Source: a virus (taxonomy: Duplodnaviria; Caudoviricetes). From it: 64,000 nt of DNA. A program made the position numbers and the translations under genes. Below, piece after piece: positions 56,201-63,133 of this stretch. Within the stretch, counting starts at the first letter, position 1. The number at the start of each line of letters is the position of its first letter. The notes below the pieces were generated by a model that was not told the origin of the DNA, made no database searches, and was given only the letters and a program-made list of their open reading frames with translations. The DNA lies in IMG/VR virus record IMGVR_UViG_2827986130_000001, positions 3,239 to 67,238 of that record, one strand, 5' to 3'.

Positions 56201-56406
56201 ATGGCGAAACGCCGGGCTATTCGGAAAGCGCCCTCGAGTTCGAGGTCGATGTCCTGAACGGATCGACGGTTCTCACCACGCTCGCCGTTACCGACAACGA
56301 AGCCGATTACGACACGACGACCCACAGCGGCGCGACTTCGGCCCGGATCTACCAGATGGGCCGCGCCGGCACGTTGCGCGGCCATGCGGCATCCCTGACC
56401 TTCTGA
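53278..56406 (+). CDS. Central tail tip/host-specificity protein (GTA megatron/Phage-tail_3-like)
   Basis: LAFCE, WPGLAY.V, F.DPDK.Y, WGLRGTE, RGH at C-terminus. Confidence 0.82.
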   Translation: MGAFGGWGDTSGVSITAEAPSQRLVCTLVLAFCETDLGGPVRLLQLRANDTLVYSAIEPKRSLGSAMAFYGGDQTSVDPTISAAIGADATYWPGLAYAVLKDFDITPYGSVPGDIEWKAVLGTSVTDQTAQETESTLTGAAFTGQFQSASAVDHTLGVAYQVVWADADTFSVVTTDIESGTEIRRVALPTDTYDYFDALTALAGSGFVVGVAITQNVGGDLRGLRMVDTRTGAVTTLHAQQIGSDYFEPYNIFSSILLKSDAATKYLVVSQPLIAPVDTPGNDGMIALADVTSGTLTWIAGPQVAPIRAGAWQELQSWTWASLSSGVATAFFCERNEPAIWRCNVSETGVSGLVSVTSAAASYPAGLAYDSLNNAVVYMRDDETLVSYDLDTKTNRYSLDMTGQSGFFNAENFETQDALRPGYVRMIDGAGMSRLLDLGSGSATAIYDSAWPEFFAYNQYKAWGVQPGSTPGTSLIVRFGDTTPNAVDAVDILTALATYNGDYDASDLTFTGFPGNEAIGFPIYEDTTIDEAMGEVCFTLGARKTHDDGKIHFKIPPRDGAFAVDRVLTHDDIVERNGQSIVQTIRDRDAAIERGVLRFCDPDKSYDENEVEFVRPNGVYDVIASNRKEEFSTSLVMTMPQAAKQINRLVYESDAGSREYQLGVMPSQFAVNPASNVQFGYGPSDEITVVGEVVQSDLRDDFSQDFVLVEALQAIETTFAGTGLVTVPVQDVSFNVEFVILDTALLAYADETTGLRGYGVLIGAGSNPIGPSTAWKSADGDTFTQFGSSSNTAPVAGTITALDRNRDDGFATDFAGSLTVLVTSGDPADIDSASEEERYQNFNLAVVGQQGRWVLVAFGGVEATGNSVVLSDPIWGLRGTEVYLSQLVTGDRFIRLQPSEVLRFVNDAALLNDPVYYKGGYGGLMVGQMMTQIDVANGEAEKPYASVDLAYSDAGSTRTITWEFRERLDPMRALYGETPGYSESALEFEVDVLNGSTVLTTLAVTDNEADYDTTTHSGATSARIYQMGRAGTLRGHAASLTF

Positions 56407-56413
56407 GGCATCC

Positions 56414-56902
56414 ATGACAGTTGAACGGAAGATCGCCACCGCGACCGATGTTGCGGCGGGCTCGAACGTCGTCACCGCGATCAATGATCGGATCAACCGC
56501 GTCGAGACCGCCGTGCTCGGCTATGCGACCTATACCCTGACAGGCACGACAGACACGCTGACCTCGGAGGAGTTCTGGGACGGCGGCGTCATCGTGCTCG
56601 TCGGCTCGCCATCAGGCGATCACACGCTGACTGTTCCAGCCTCGCAGCAGCGCATCGTCCGCGTCGTCAACACGACCAGCGTCGAGGTGACGATCCAGAT
56701 TTCCGGCCAGTCGGTAGCCGCGCCGACAATCCCGCCGAAGTCGGCCAGCGGAACACTTACTGGTATCCAGGGACAGGAGGCCGATATCCGTTCGGACGGC
56801 ACCAACGTCCGTTGGGCCGGCATCCCAATCTTCGCCATGACCGACGCCGAATACGCCGCGCTCTCCGCAGTCGATGCGCGGGCGCAATACATCACGATTT
56901 AA
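56414..56902 (+). CDS. Tail-associated protein
   Basis: Beta-rich; SDGTNV; MTDAEYAAL C-terminal motif. Confidence 0.65.
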   Translation: MTVERKIATATDVAAGSNVVTAINDRINRVETAVLGYATYTLTGTTDTLTSEEFWDGGVIVLVGSPSGDHTLTVPASQQRIVRVVNTTSVEVTIQISGQSVAAPTIPPKSASGTLTGIQGQEADIRSDGTNVRWAGIPIFAMTDAEYAALSAVDARAQYITI

Positions 56903-56914
56903 GGAGAGATCACC

Positions 56915-57331
56915 GTGGCAGCTTTCAACAAGTTCAACGCATTTTCCGAGGCGCTAGCAGAAAAAGTGCACAATCTCGGCGCGGACACGCTGACCATTGC
57001 GCTCTGCGCGGCAGCCAACGCGCCTGTCGCCACCAACAGCGTCTTGGCCGATCTCACCCAGATCGCCTACACCAACCTGTCGGCGCGCACGCTGACGGTG
57101 TCCTCGTCGTCGCAGACCTCGGGCACCTACAAGCTGGTGATCGCCGACAAGACGCTGACGGCCTCGGGCGGCGCGGTCGCAACGTTCCGCTACATCGTGA
57201 TCTACAATGATACCGCGACCAATGATGAGCTGATCGGCTGGTACGATTACGGCTCCAACCTGACACTGGCCGACGGCGAGAGCTTGACGATCGACTTCGA
57301 CAACTCAGGCGGAGTTCTCACACTTGTCTAA
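56915..57331 (+). CDS. Virion structural protein (fibre-associated)
   Basis: AAGGAG RBS; FRYIVIYNDT...LIGWYDYG motif. Confidence 0.7.
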   Translation: MAAFNKFNAFSEALAEKVHNLGADTLTIALCAAANAPVATNSVLADLTQIAYTNLSARTLTVSSSSQTSGTYKLVIADKTLTASGGAVATFRYIVIYNDTATNDELIGWYDYGSNLTLADGESLTIDFDNSGGVLTLV

Positions 57332-57944
57332 CCGGCGTCGTCAGCGCTTCCTTGTCGGTCCATCCGTTCAGAATGCGGTCCGACAATGTGCCTCGGTTCA
57401 TTCCGGTTACATCGACCCACTCCGCCAGCGTCTTGGTTTGGCCGTTCAGCTCCATCAGGCGATTGTTTGATTTGTTGCGGGCCTGTTCCTTGTGCGTTGC
57501 CCAACGGCAGTTTCCGGGGCGGTAGTGGTCGTTGTAATCGAGGCGCTCAAGGGTCATCCCTTTGGGCTTTTCGCCCATGTCCGCAACGAAACCGGCGAAC
57601 GTCTGCCACGCCTCGCAGACCTGTATGCCGCGCCCGCCGTATCGGTGAAAGTCCTTGTGCTTCGGATTGGTGCATCTGGCGGTCATCCCGGCCCATGAAT
57701 GGTAGGTGGGGCTGATCCCGTTGGTGGCGTGTCCGTGTTTTGTGCTTCGGGCGGTGGTAACTTCGCTCTTGTAGCATCCGCATGATTTCGTGAGGCCCTT
57801 GCGAAGCCTCGCCCCGCCTATCACTCGCTCAGTTCCGCAATCGCATCGGCAATGCCACTTGGCTTCGCCGCCACGCTCTGCTGTCCGCGAAAGCACGGTC
57901 CAGCGGTTCAACTTCTGTCCGGTCATATCGAGAGGTAAGGTCAT
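57318..57944 (-). CDS. HNH-type homing endonuclease-like protein
   Basis: W.CRCDCG, SCGC, YGGRGI.VC, TLER.D....Y.P.NCRWAT..EQ..N. Confidence 0.85.
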   Translation of the reverse strand: MTLPLDMTGQKLNRWTVLSRTAERGGEAKWHCRCDCGTERVIGGARLRKGLTKSCGCYKSEVTTARSTKHGHATNGISPTYHSWAGMTARCTNPKHKDFHRYGGRGIQVCEAWQTFAGFVADMGEKPKGMTLERLDYNDHYRPGNCRWATHKEQARNKSNNRLMELNGQTKTLAEWVDVTGMNRGTLSDRILNGWTDKEALTTPVRQV

Positions 57945-57993
57945 GGCGACTATGATAATCGATTTTGTTCCGGCATGGAATCAATAACTTAAC

Positions 57994-59766
57994 ATGCCCG
58001 CTCTCAAGTTCGGTTCGGTCACGCCGAGCGCGCTCCATTTCGGCGGCGCTCCGGTCTCCAAGGTCTATCTCGGCGCAACCGAGATATGGCCTCTGGCGGC
58101 TGGTGCAACGCTGACAGCGGATGCCGGCACGTTCACATTGACTGGCGTTAATGCCGCCTTCCTGCGCGCCTTGCGCATGGTCGCAGATCCGGGCGCATTC
58201 ACGCTCACCGGCAATGCTGTCACCTTCCCCGGCGCTTATGCCTTCAATGCCGAAACTGGAACCTTCACGCTGACCGGCAACGCAGCTGGACTGCTCCGCG
58301 CCCTCAGGATGGAAGCGGCATCCGGGGCGTTCTCGCTGACTGGAAACGCTGCAGGCCTGTCGAAGACCTTTACCGTTCTGGCCGAAGGTGGAGCGTTCAC
58401 GCTGACCGGCGTCGATGCGGCCTTCAAGCGGGCTCTTGTCATGCAGGCCGCGACGGGTAGTTTCACGCTTACCGGCAATGCGGCAACACTGACTTATACG
58501 CCGGTCGGCTCGAACTACGCCTTGGCCTACCGCACCACCGACCTGACCAGCGTTGGCACCGGCGGTTCGGTCGTTGGGCTGGATACCGAAGTGGCCGATA
58601 TTCCAGGCTTCCATTCGACGGCTTCGGACACCGAGCGCTTCACCGTCACCTCGACCTTCAACACGCGCTATGGGCGCTTCTCGGGCTCGTCGCGGTCCGC
58701 GACCGAAGATACCGAGGTTTACTGCCGGAAGAACGGATCGACCTTCAATGGCGTTGCCAGGCAGGTCGGGCGGTCCGCCGGCACGCAAAACCTGCGTGTT
58801 GCCTCCGGCATCATCGCGCTTGCGACCAGCGACTATTTCGACATGGTTGCCCGCGATCTGAGCGGCACGGTCACCTTCTCCGGTGGCGATTTCACATGGG
58901 GCCAACTCGAGGTCTTGCCGTCTGACTTCAACGGTTGCCTGGCTTACAAGGCCGCAACGCAGTCGCTGTCGGCCTCGACCACCACGGCGCTGGAGTTCGA
59001 CAGCGAGGTGTATGACCTCGATGGATTCCACAGCACCGCATCGAACACGTCACGGCAGACCGTCCCGGCGTCCGGGGTCTCGCTGATCAGGATTTCGGGC
59101 TGCATCGAGACGGCCTCGATCACCGCCGGCAATCAGTTCGTGCTCGGCGCTCTGAAAGGCGGGGCGTCATTCAACGGCGCGCCTAACCTGGATGTCGAGA
59201 TCGGCGTAACCGGGGCGGACTACCTAAACTGCATGTCGGGGCCGCTGGAAGTGTCTGGCTCCGACTATTTCGAGCTTACAGCATTCGGGCCGGCGCAAAC
59301 GCTCCCGGCTTCGCCCTATTCGTGGTTCCAGGTCGAGGAACTGCCATCCGACCTGAAATGGGCGCGGGCGCGGCTGGCGAGCAACTTCTCGCTTTCGGCT
59401 GCCACCACGACCAATATCCAATGGGATACCGAGGACGCGGATGTCGGCGGTTGGATCGACTTGGGGACCAACAACACCCGCCTGACAGTCCCGAGCGGGG
59501 TCACGAAGATCCGCATCGTCGCCAACCTTCAGGCTGCATCGTCGACGAACCAGCTCGTTGTTTCGATGACCAAGAACGGGGCCAGCTTCCCGGGCATGGG
59601 CTCGTTCGACAATGAGACGGCCGGCGTGGACAGCGTCAACGCATGGTCGGCGATCCTTGACGTTACACCCGGTGATTATTTCGAGATCACGGCGTTTTCG
59701 ACCAACGCCCGCAGCCTGACTGGCGGCACCACGACGTGGGCCACCATCGAAGAAGTCAGGTTCTAG
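57994..59766 (+). CDS. Fibre/receptor-binding protein with six A..G.F.LTG repeats and three tandem C1q-like domains
   Basis: ~22-aa repeats; three copies of D.E..D..G...RxTV...GxxF.G...DYFE. Confidence 0.75.
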   Translation: MPALKFGSVTPSALHFGGAPVSKVYLGATEIWPLAAGATLTADAGTFTLTGVNAAFLRALRMVADPGAFTLTGNAVTFPGAYAFNAETGTFTLTGNAAGLLRALRMEAASGAFSLTGNAAGLSKTFTVLAEGGAFTLTGVDAAFKRALVMQAATGSFTLTGNAATLTYTPVGSNYALAYRTTDLTSVGTGGSVVGLDTEVADIPGFHSTASDTERFTVTSTFNTRYGRFSGSSRSATEDTEVYCRKNGSTFNGVARQVGRSAGTQNLRVASGIIALATSDYFDMVARDLSGTVTFSGGDFTWGQLEVLPSDFNGCLAYKAATQSLSASTTTALEFDSEVYDLDGFHSTASNTSRQTVPASGVSLIRISGCIETASITAGNQFVLGALKGGASFNGAPNLDVEIGVTGADYLNCMSGPLEVSGSDYFELTAFGPAQTLPASPYSWFQVEELPSDLKWARARLASNFSLSAATTTNIQWDTEDADVGGWIDLGTNNTRLTVPSGVTKIRIVANLQAASSTNQLVVSMTKNGASFPGMGSFDNETAGVDSVNAWSAILDVTPGDYFEITAFSTNARSLTGGTTTWATIEEVRF

Positions 59767-59792
59767 CTCAACCAATCGAAGGAACACCTCCT

Positions 59793-60287
59793 ATGTCAGA
59801 TGCTCGTTGGCTCGAACGCGCCCGCGCCTACATCGGCGTGCGCGAATTTCCGGGGCCGAAGCACAACAACATCATCGTCAGGTGGTGGGAGGCGATCCGG
59901 GCGCCGTTCCGTGACGACGAAACGCCCTGGTGCGCAGCCTTCGTCGGCGCCGTGCTCGAGGAGAGTGGCATTCGGTCGACCAGGCTTGCGTCGGCCCGCT
60001 CCTATCTCAAGTTCGGCTCCAAGCTTCCTGAAGCTTGCATGGGCTGCATTGTCGTGTTCTGGCGCGGCTCGCCGTCGGGCTGGTCGGGCCATGTCGGGTT
60101 CGTGGTCGGCAAGGACAAGGCCGGTAACCTGATGGTGCTCGGCGGCAATCAGGGCGACGAGGTCAACATCAAGCCGTTCGGGCGCAACCGCGTGCTCGGC
60201 TACCGCTGGCCAGATGACAGTGTGACGCCTTCGTCCAAGCTGCCGGTGCTGCGTTCCGACGGCAAACCATCCCAGAACGAGGCGTGA
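59793..60287 (+). CDS. TIGR02594 family (NlpC/P60-CHAP-like) endolysin
   Basis: DDETPWCAAFV, ARSY, GHVGF, LGGNQ. Confidence 0.88.
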   Translation: MSDARWLERARAYIGVREFPGPKHNNIIVRWWEAIRAPFRDDETPWCAAFVGAVLEESGIRSTRLASARSYLKFGSKLPEACMGCIVVFWRGSPSGWSGHVGFVVGKDKAGNLMVLGGNQGDEVNIKPFGRNRVLGYRWPDDSVTPSSKLPVLRSDGKPSQNEA

Positions 60288-60288
60288 C

Positions 60289-60645
60289 ATGAAGCGCGGT
60301 GTTCTCCGAACCGGCGACGGCGGCCGGCTATTGTTCCGGTGCCCCGGCTGCAACGAGGCGCACCAAGTGCAAGTCGGGGATGGGCCCGGACCTCGCTGGG
60401 GTTTTAACGGCGACTATGCCCGCCCGACATTCACGCCATCGGTACTGCTCAAGACGGGTCACTACTGCGCCGGCCAGGAAGGCAAGGACTGCTGGTGCAC
60501 CTATGAGGCAAGGATCGGCAAGCCTTCACCTTTCAAATGCACCGTCTGCCACTCCTTCGTGACGGATGGACGCATCCAGTTCCTCAACGACTGCACTCAC
60601 GCGCTCGCCGGCCAGACTGTGCCGTTGCCCGATTTCGAGGTGTGA
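60289..60645 (+). CDS. DUF6527-like Zn-binding protein
   Basis: CPGC...H, W.FNGD...PTF.PS, CHSFVTDG.IQFL.DCTH.LAGQTV. Confidence 0.7.
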   Translation: MKRGVLRTGDGGRLLFRCPGCNEAHQVQVGDGPGPRWGFNGDYARPTFTPSVLLKTGHYCAGQEGKDCWCTYEARIGKPSPFKCTVCHSFVTDGRIQFLNDCTHALAGQTVPLPDFEV

Positions 60646-60647
60646 CC

Positions 60648-60914
60648 ATGAAGCCATCATGGAAGATGCGGCGCCGGATCATCATCGCCACGCTGCTCTT
60701 CTGCGCGGGTGAGATCGTCTATCTGACGATTTGGGGGCAGGACACTGACCTTGCCGCAACCATCGCGAACGGCGTCCTGATCCTCGCCGGTTCGGTCATC
60801 GGCTCATATGTCTTCGGAGCCGTCTGGGATGACCGCAATGTCATGGCGATGCGGAAGTCGGACAAATCCGATCCATACGATGATGACACGCCGCCGCGGG
60901 ACTTCGCAGGATGA
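60648..60914 (+). CDS. Holin
   Basis: Two TM segments, RRR N-terminus, Y.FGA.WDD; in lysis cassette. Confidence 0.75.
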   Translation: MKPSWKMRRRIIIATLLFCAGEIVYLTIWGQDTDLAATIANGVLILAGSVIGSYVFGAVWDDRNVMAMRKSDKSDPYDDDTPPRDFAG

Positions 60915-61279
60915 CTCAGATCCGCCTCATCATCGCGGCGGCGTTGGCCATCGTGTTTCTGTCCGTCGGCGGCCTGGCGCTCTGGTATCGCAGCAATGCC
61001 TTCGCGGCTGAGGCCGAGCGCGACAGGGCGCGTGCCGATCTCGCGACGGCCGTCGACGTCAACCGCGCGCAGGAAGCCACCATCGGCAGGATGCGCGCTC
61101 AGGCCGACGCGGACGCCAAGGGTGCCGCCGAACTCGCCGCCGAACTCGCCGCGCTCAACGATGCCTTTCGCGCCAACAATGCTGCTCTTGCCGAGCTGAA
61201 GGACAAAGATGCGACCGTTCGCGACTATCTCAACACTCCTGTGCCTGATGATGTTCGCCGGATGTATGCACCGCGCTGA
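60911..61279 (+). CDS. Rz-like inner-membrane spanin
   Basis: N-terminal TM, coiled coil, C-terminal PVPDDV. Confidence 0.8.
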   Translation: MTQIRLIIAAALAIVFLSVGGLALWYRSNAFAAEAERDRARADLATAVDVNRAQEATIGRMRAQADADAKGAAELAAELAALNDAFRANNAALAELKDKDATVRDYLNTPVPDDVRRMYAPR

Positions 61280-61487
61280 GCCGCGCATCGTCGTCCAGCG
61301 CGAGTTCGTACAGACCAAGGTGCCCGATGCCTATCTGGCACCCTGCGGTGGCCGTTGGCGGAAGGAAGGCGGGCCAGCGATCACCCAAGATTTCATCGAT
61401 CGCGGTGACGTCGCACTTGCCGGGCTCGATTGCCGAGACGCGCAGATCAACAAGATCATCAAGTGGAACAGAGGGCTTGGGGAATGA
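61209..61487 (+). CDS. Rz1-like outer-membrane lipoprotein spanin
   Basis: Overlaps Rz in another frame; signal peptide with lipobox FAGC; VP..L.PC...C. Confidence 0.8.
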   Translation: MRPFATISTLLCLMMFAGCMHRAEPRIVVQREFVQTKVPDAYLAPCGGRWRKEGGPAITQDFIDRGDVALAGLDCRDAQINKIIKWNRGLGE

Positions 61488-61783
61488 TCAGAACATGGCG
61501 TTATACACTCTGGGTCTTATGCGGCATCGCATTGGCGATGACGCTTTTGCTGTTGTGGCGGCCGGCTGTGGCTCAATCGCTGTGCGCGCCGGCCCCGGAC
61601 TTCCTGCATCGCTTCGAGGTCAAGCTTGGCGAGTTCGTGGTGTTGCGTGGCGACACCAGCAACGGCAGGCAGATCGTTGTTACCCGCGCCGAGGATGGCC
61701 GATGGTCGATCATTGAGATCACGGAGGACGTCGGATGTCTTCTCATGGAGGGTGAGGCCTCCGAATTCGACAACGGGATCTGA
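61484..61783 (+). CDS. Secreted hypothetical protein
   Basis: Signal peptide AVA-Q, two Cys, G.WS. Confidence 0.6.
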   Translation: MIRTWRYTLWVLCGIALAMTLLLLWRPAVAQSLCAPAPDFLHRFEVKLGEFVVLRGDTSNGRQIVVTRAEDGRWSIIEITEDVGCLLMEGEASEFDNGI

Positions 61784-61787
61784 GCCG

Positions 61788-62174
61788 ATGGCGACGAGCC
61801 TGCAGGAAATCTACCAGGCCATCGGCACCCTCACCAACGAAGTCAAAAATCTGGCCGAGAAGATCGACAAGGCCGAGGAGCAGGCGGCGGAAGGGTCGCG
61901 CCGCGCCGACGAGCATCGCGCCGGCATCCACCGTCGTGTCGACGAGCTCGTCCTGGATGTCGGCAACGTCAAAGCTGATGTTGCCGCCCTCAAATCAGAT
62001 ATCGCCGGCATGACTAACGAGGTCGCGAAAACCAAGGAAGTGACCGATGAGGTCAAGCGCTGGAAGCTGATGGGTATCGGCGCCCTTGGGGTCGTTGGGA
62101 TCGGCGGCACCGCCCTTGGAGTGTCGATTGCGAACTCCCTTGAATGGCTGGCGCACTTCTTTCGCACACCCTGA
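61788..62174 (+). CDS. DUF1515-like membrane protein
   Basis: Coiled coil, HRRVDE, VKRWKLMGIGALGVVG. Confidence 0.7.
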   Translation: MATSLQEIYQAIGTLTNEVKNLAEKIDKAEEQAAEGSRRADEHRAGIHRRVDELVLDVGNVKADVAALKSDIAGMTNEVAKTKEVTDEVKRWKLMGIGALGVVGIGGTALGVSIANSLEWLAHFFRTP

Positions 62175-62220
62175 GATCCGCGCCCGGCGGTACCGGGCAT
62201 CAACCAAGGAGAAGACTGAA

Positions 62221-62466
62221 ATGTCCGCGACTATGAGAGCGAAAATGAAGGTTTCGCGTGTCGAGCGCTGGGACGGCGCCGACAAGGTGACGATGATTGC
62301 GGTCTGCAAGCCAAGCGGCTACCCGGCGGACGGCAGCGACGAAGACAACACCTACGCGAAGTTCTCACCGCAAGGGGAGTTGACGCTGACTATCGCGAAT
62401 CCCGCCCTCGTCGGCAAGATCGAGCCAGGGACGACCTTCTACCTCGACTTCACGCCTGCCGACTGA
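62221..62466 (+). CDS. Conserved phage hypothetical protein
   Basis: AAGGAG RBS; RAK..V...EDN...SP.G.L...I.NP....G..FYLDFTPA. Confidence 0.75.
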   Translation: MSATMRAKMKVSRVERWDGADKVTMIAVCKPSGYPADGSDEDNTYAKFSPQGELTLTIANPALVGKIEPGTTFYLDFTPAD

Positions 62467-62488
62467 CGTGGCAATCCCCTGCCCCACC

Positions 62489-62522
62489 GCCCCGCTGGCT
62501 TCGGCCGGCGGGGCTCTTTTTT
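62489..62522 (+). terminator. Rho-independent terminator ending late operon
   Basis: gccccgctggc-ttcg-gccggcggggc followed by T-tract. Confidence 0.85.
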
Positions 62523-62627
62523 GCGTTTGTGCTGAAATTAACCGGCTGTGAAGCGTCAGTGCGCCTGGACCTGATCTGGCTGCGTCAAGTTCTTGAAATT
62601 ATGCGCGTTCTGTGGAAGCGTGCCAGC

Positions 62628-62890
62628 GGGCTGAACACCCGGACCTGGAATACGGAATGCGAACCCCTCTGGCGGGGGATCTCACCGGAATCGCGAAAAG
62701 AAGTCCCTTGTTGGACTTCCGAACGCAATGCGGAGCGCCTTGGCGGGCGTCCCAACTCGGCTTTACGGCCGGGGGCGGTCGCTATGTCCAGAGGGAAACC
62801 TTAAAAGCGTTCGGCCTGTCTTCCAGGCAGGTGTTCACCCCCGGCTTCGGCGCCGATCGCCGTGTGGGTCTGAATAGCCAATACCTGGAA
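62628..62890 (+). ncRNA. Structured leader / C4(P1)-CI(P4)-like antisense RNA cassette
   Basis: Nested long-range stems; antisense block 62821-62837 matches both 62632-62650 and 62871-62890; TTGAAA-N17-AAGCGT upstream. Confidence 0.55.
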
Positions 62891-62898
62891 AGTCCGTC

Positions 62899-63132
62899 AT
62901 GAACCCTCAAGCCATCAATCGTCGCACATTCATCGGCGGGGTAGCCGTCCTTCGCGCCTCAGTTGTCGGCGGCAAAGCCTTGGGACAGCCCGCAGCTCCG
63001 GAGGTCGATGATGCCGCTTGCTCGGGCTCATGCCTTTACAATGCCGGCGGCCGGTACTGGTGGCAGGTCTGGCAGGATCGCGACGATATCGCGCCCGGGT
63101 TCCGAATCGGAACAATCCGCCAGATCGGGTGA
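62899..63132 (+). CDS. Small protein with twin-arginine-like N-terminus (possibly degenerate)
   Basis: NRRTFIGG motif directly downstream of the RNA cassette. Confidence 0.45.
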   Translation: MNPQAINRRTFIGGVAVLRASVVGGKALGQPAAPEVDDAACSGSCLYNAGGRYWWQVWQDRDDIAPGFRIGTIRQIG

Positions 63133-63133
63133 C

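Noticed and set aside
57994-59766. Diversity-generating retroelement target in the fibre gene
   Set aside because: No reverse transcriptase and no adenine-specific TR/VR pair seen
62538-62552. TTAA-N7-TGAA near-match to a CtrA box
   Set aside because: One half-site mismatched; no perfect TTAA-N7-TTAA noticed by eye, so a PWM scan is needed
62628-62840. 6S RNA, tmRNA or retron msr-msd identity for the structured region
   Set aside because: No tRNA-like ends or RT nearby; the duplicated target motif fits a C4/CI-like layout better
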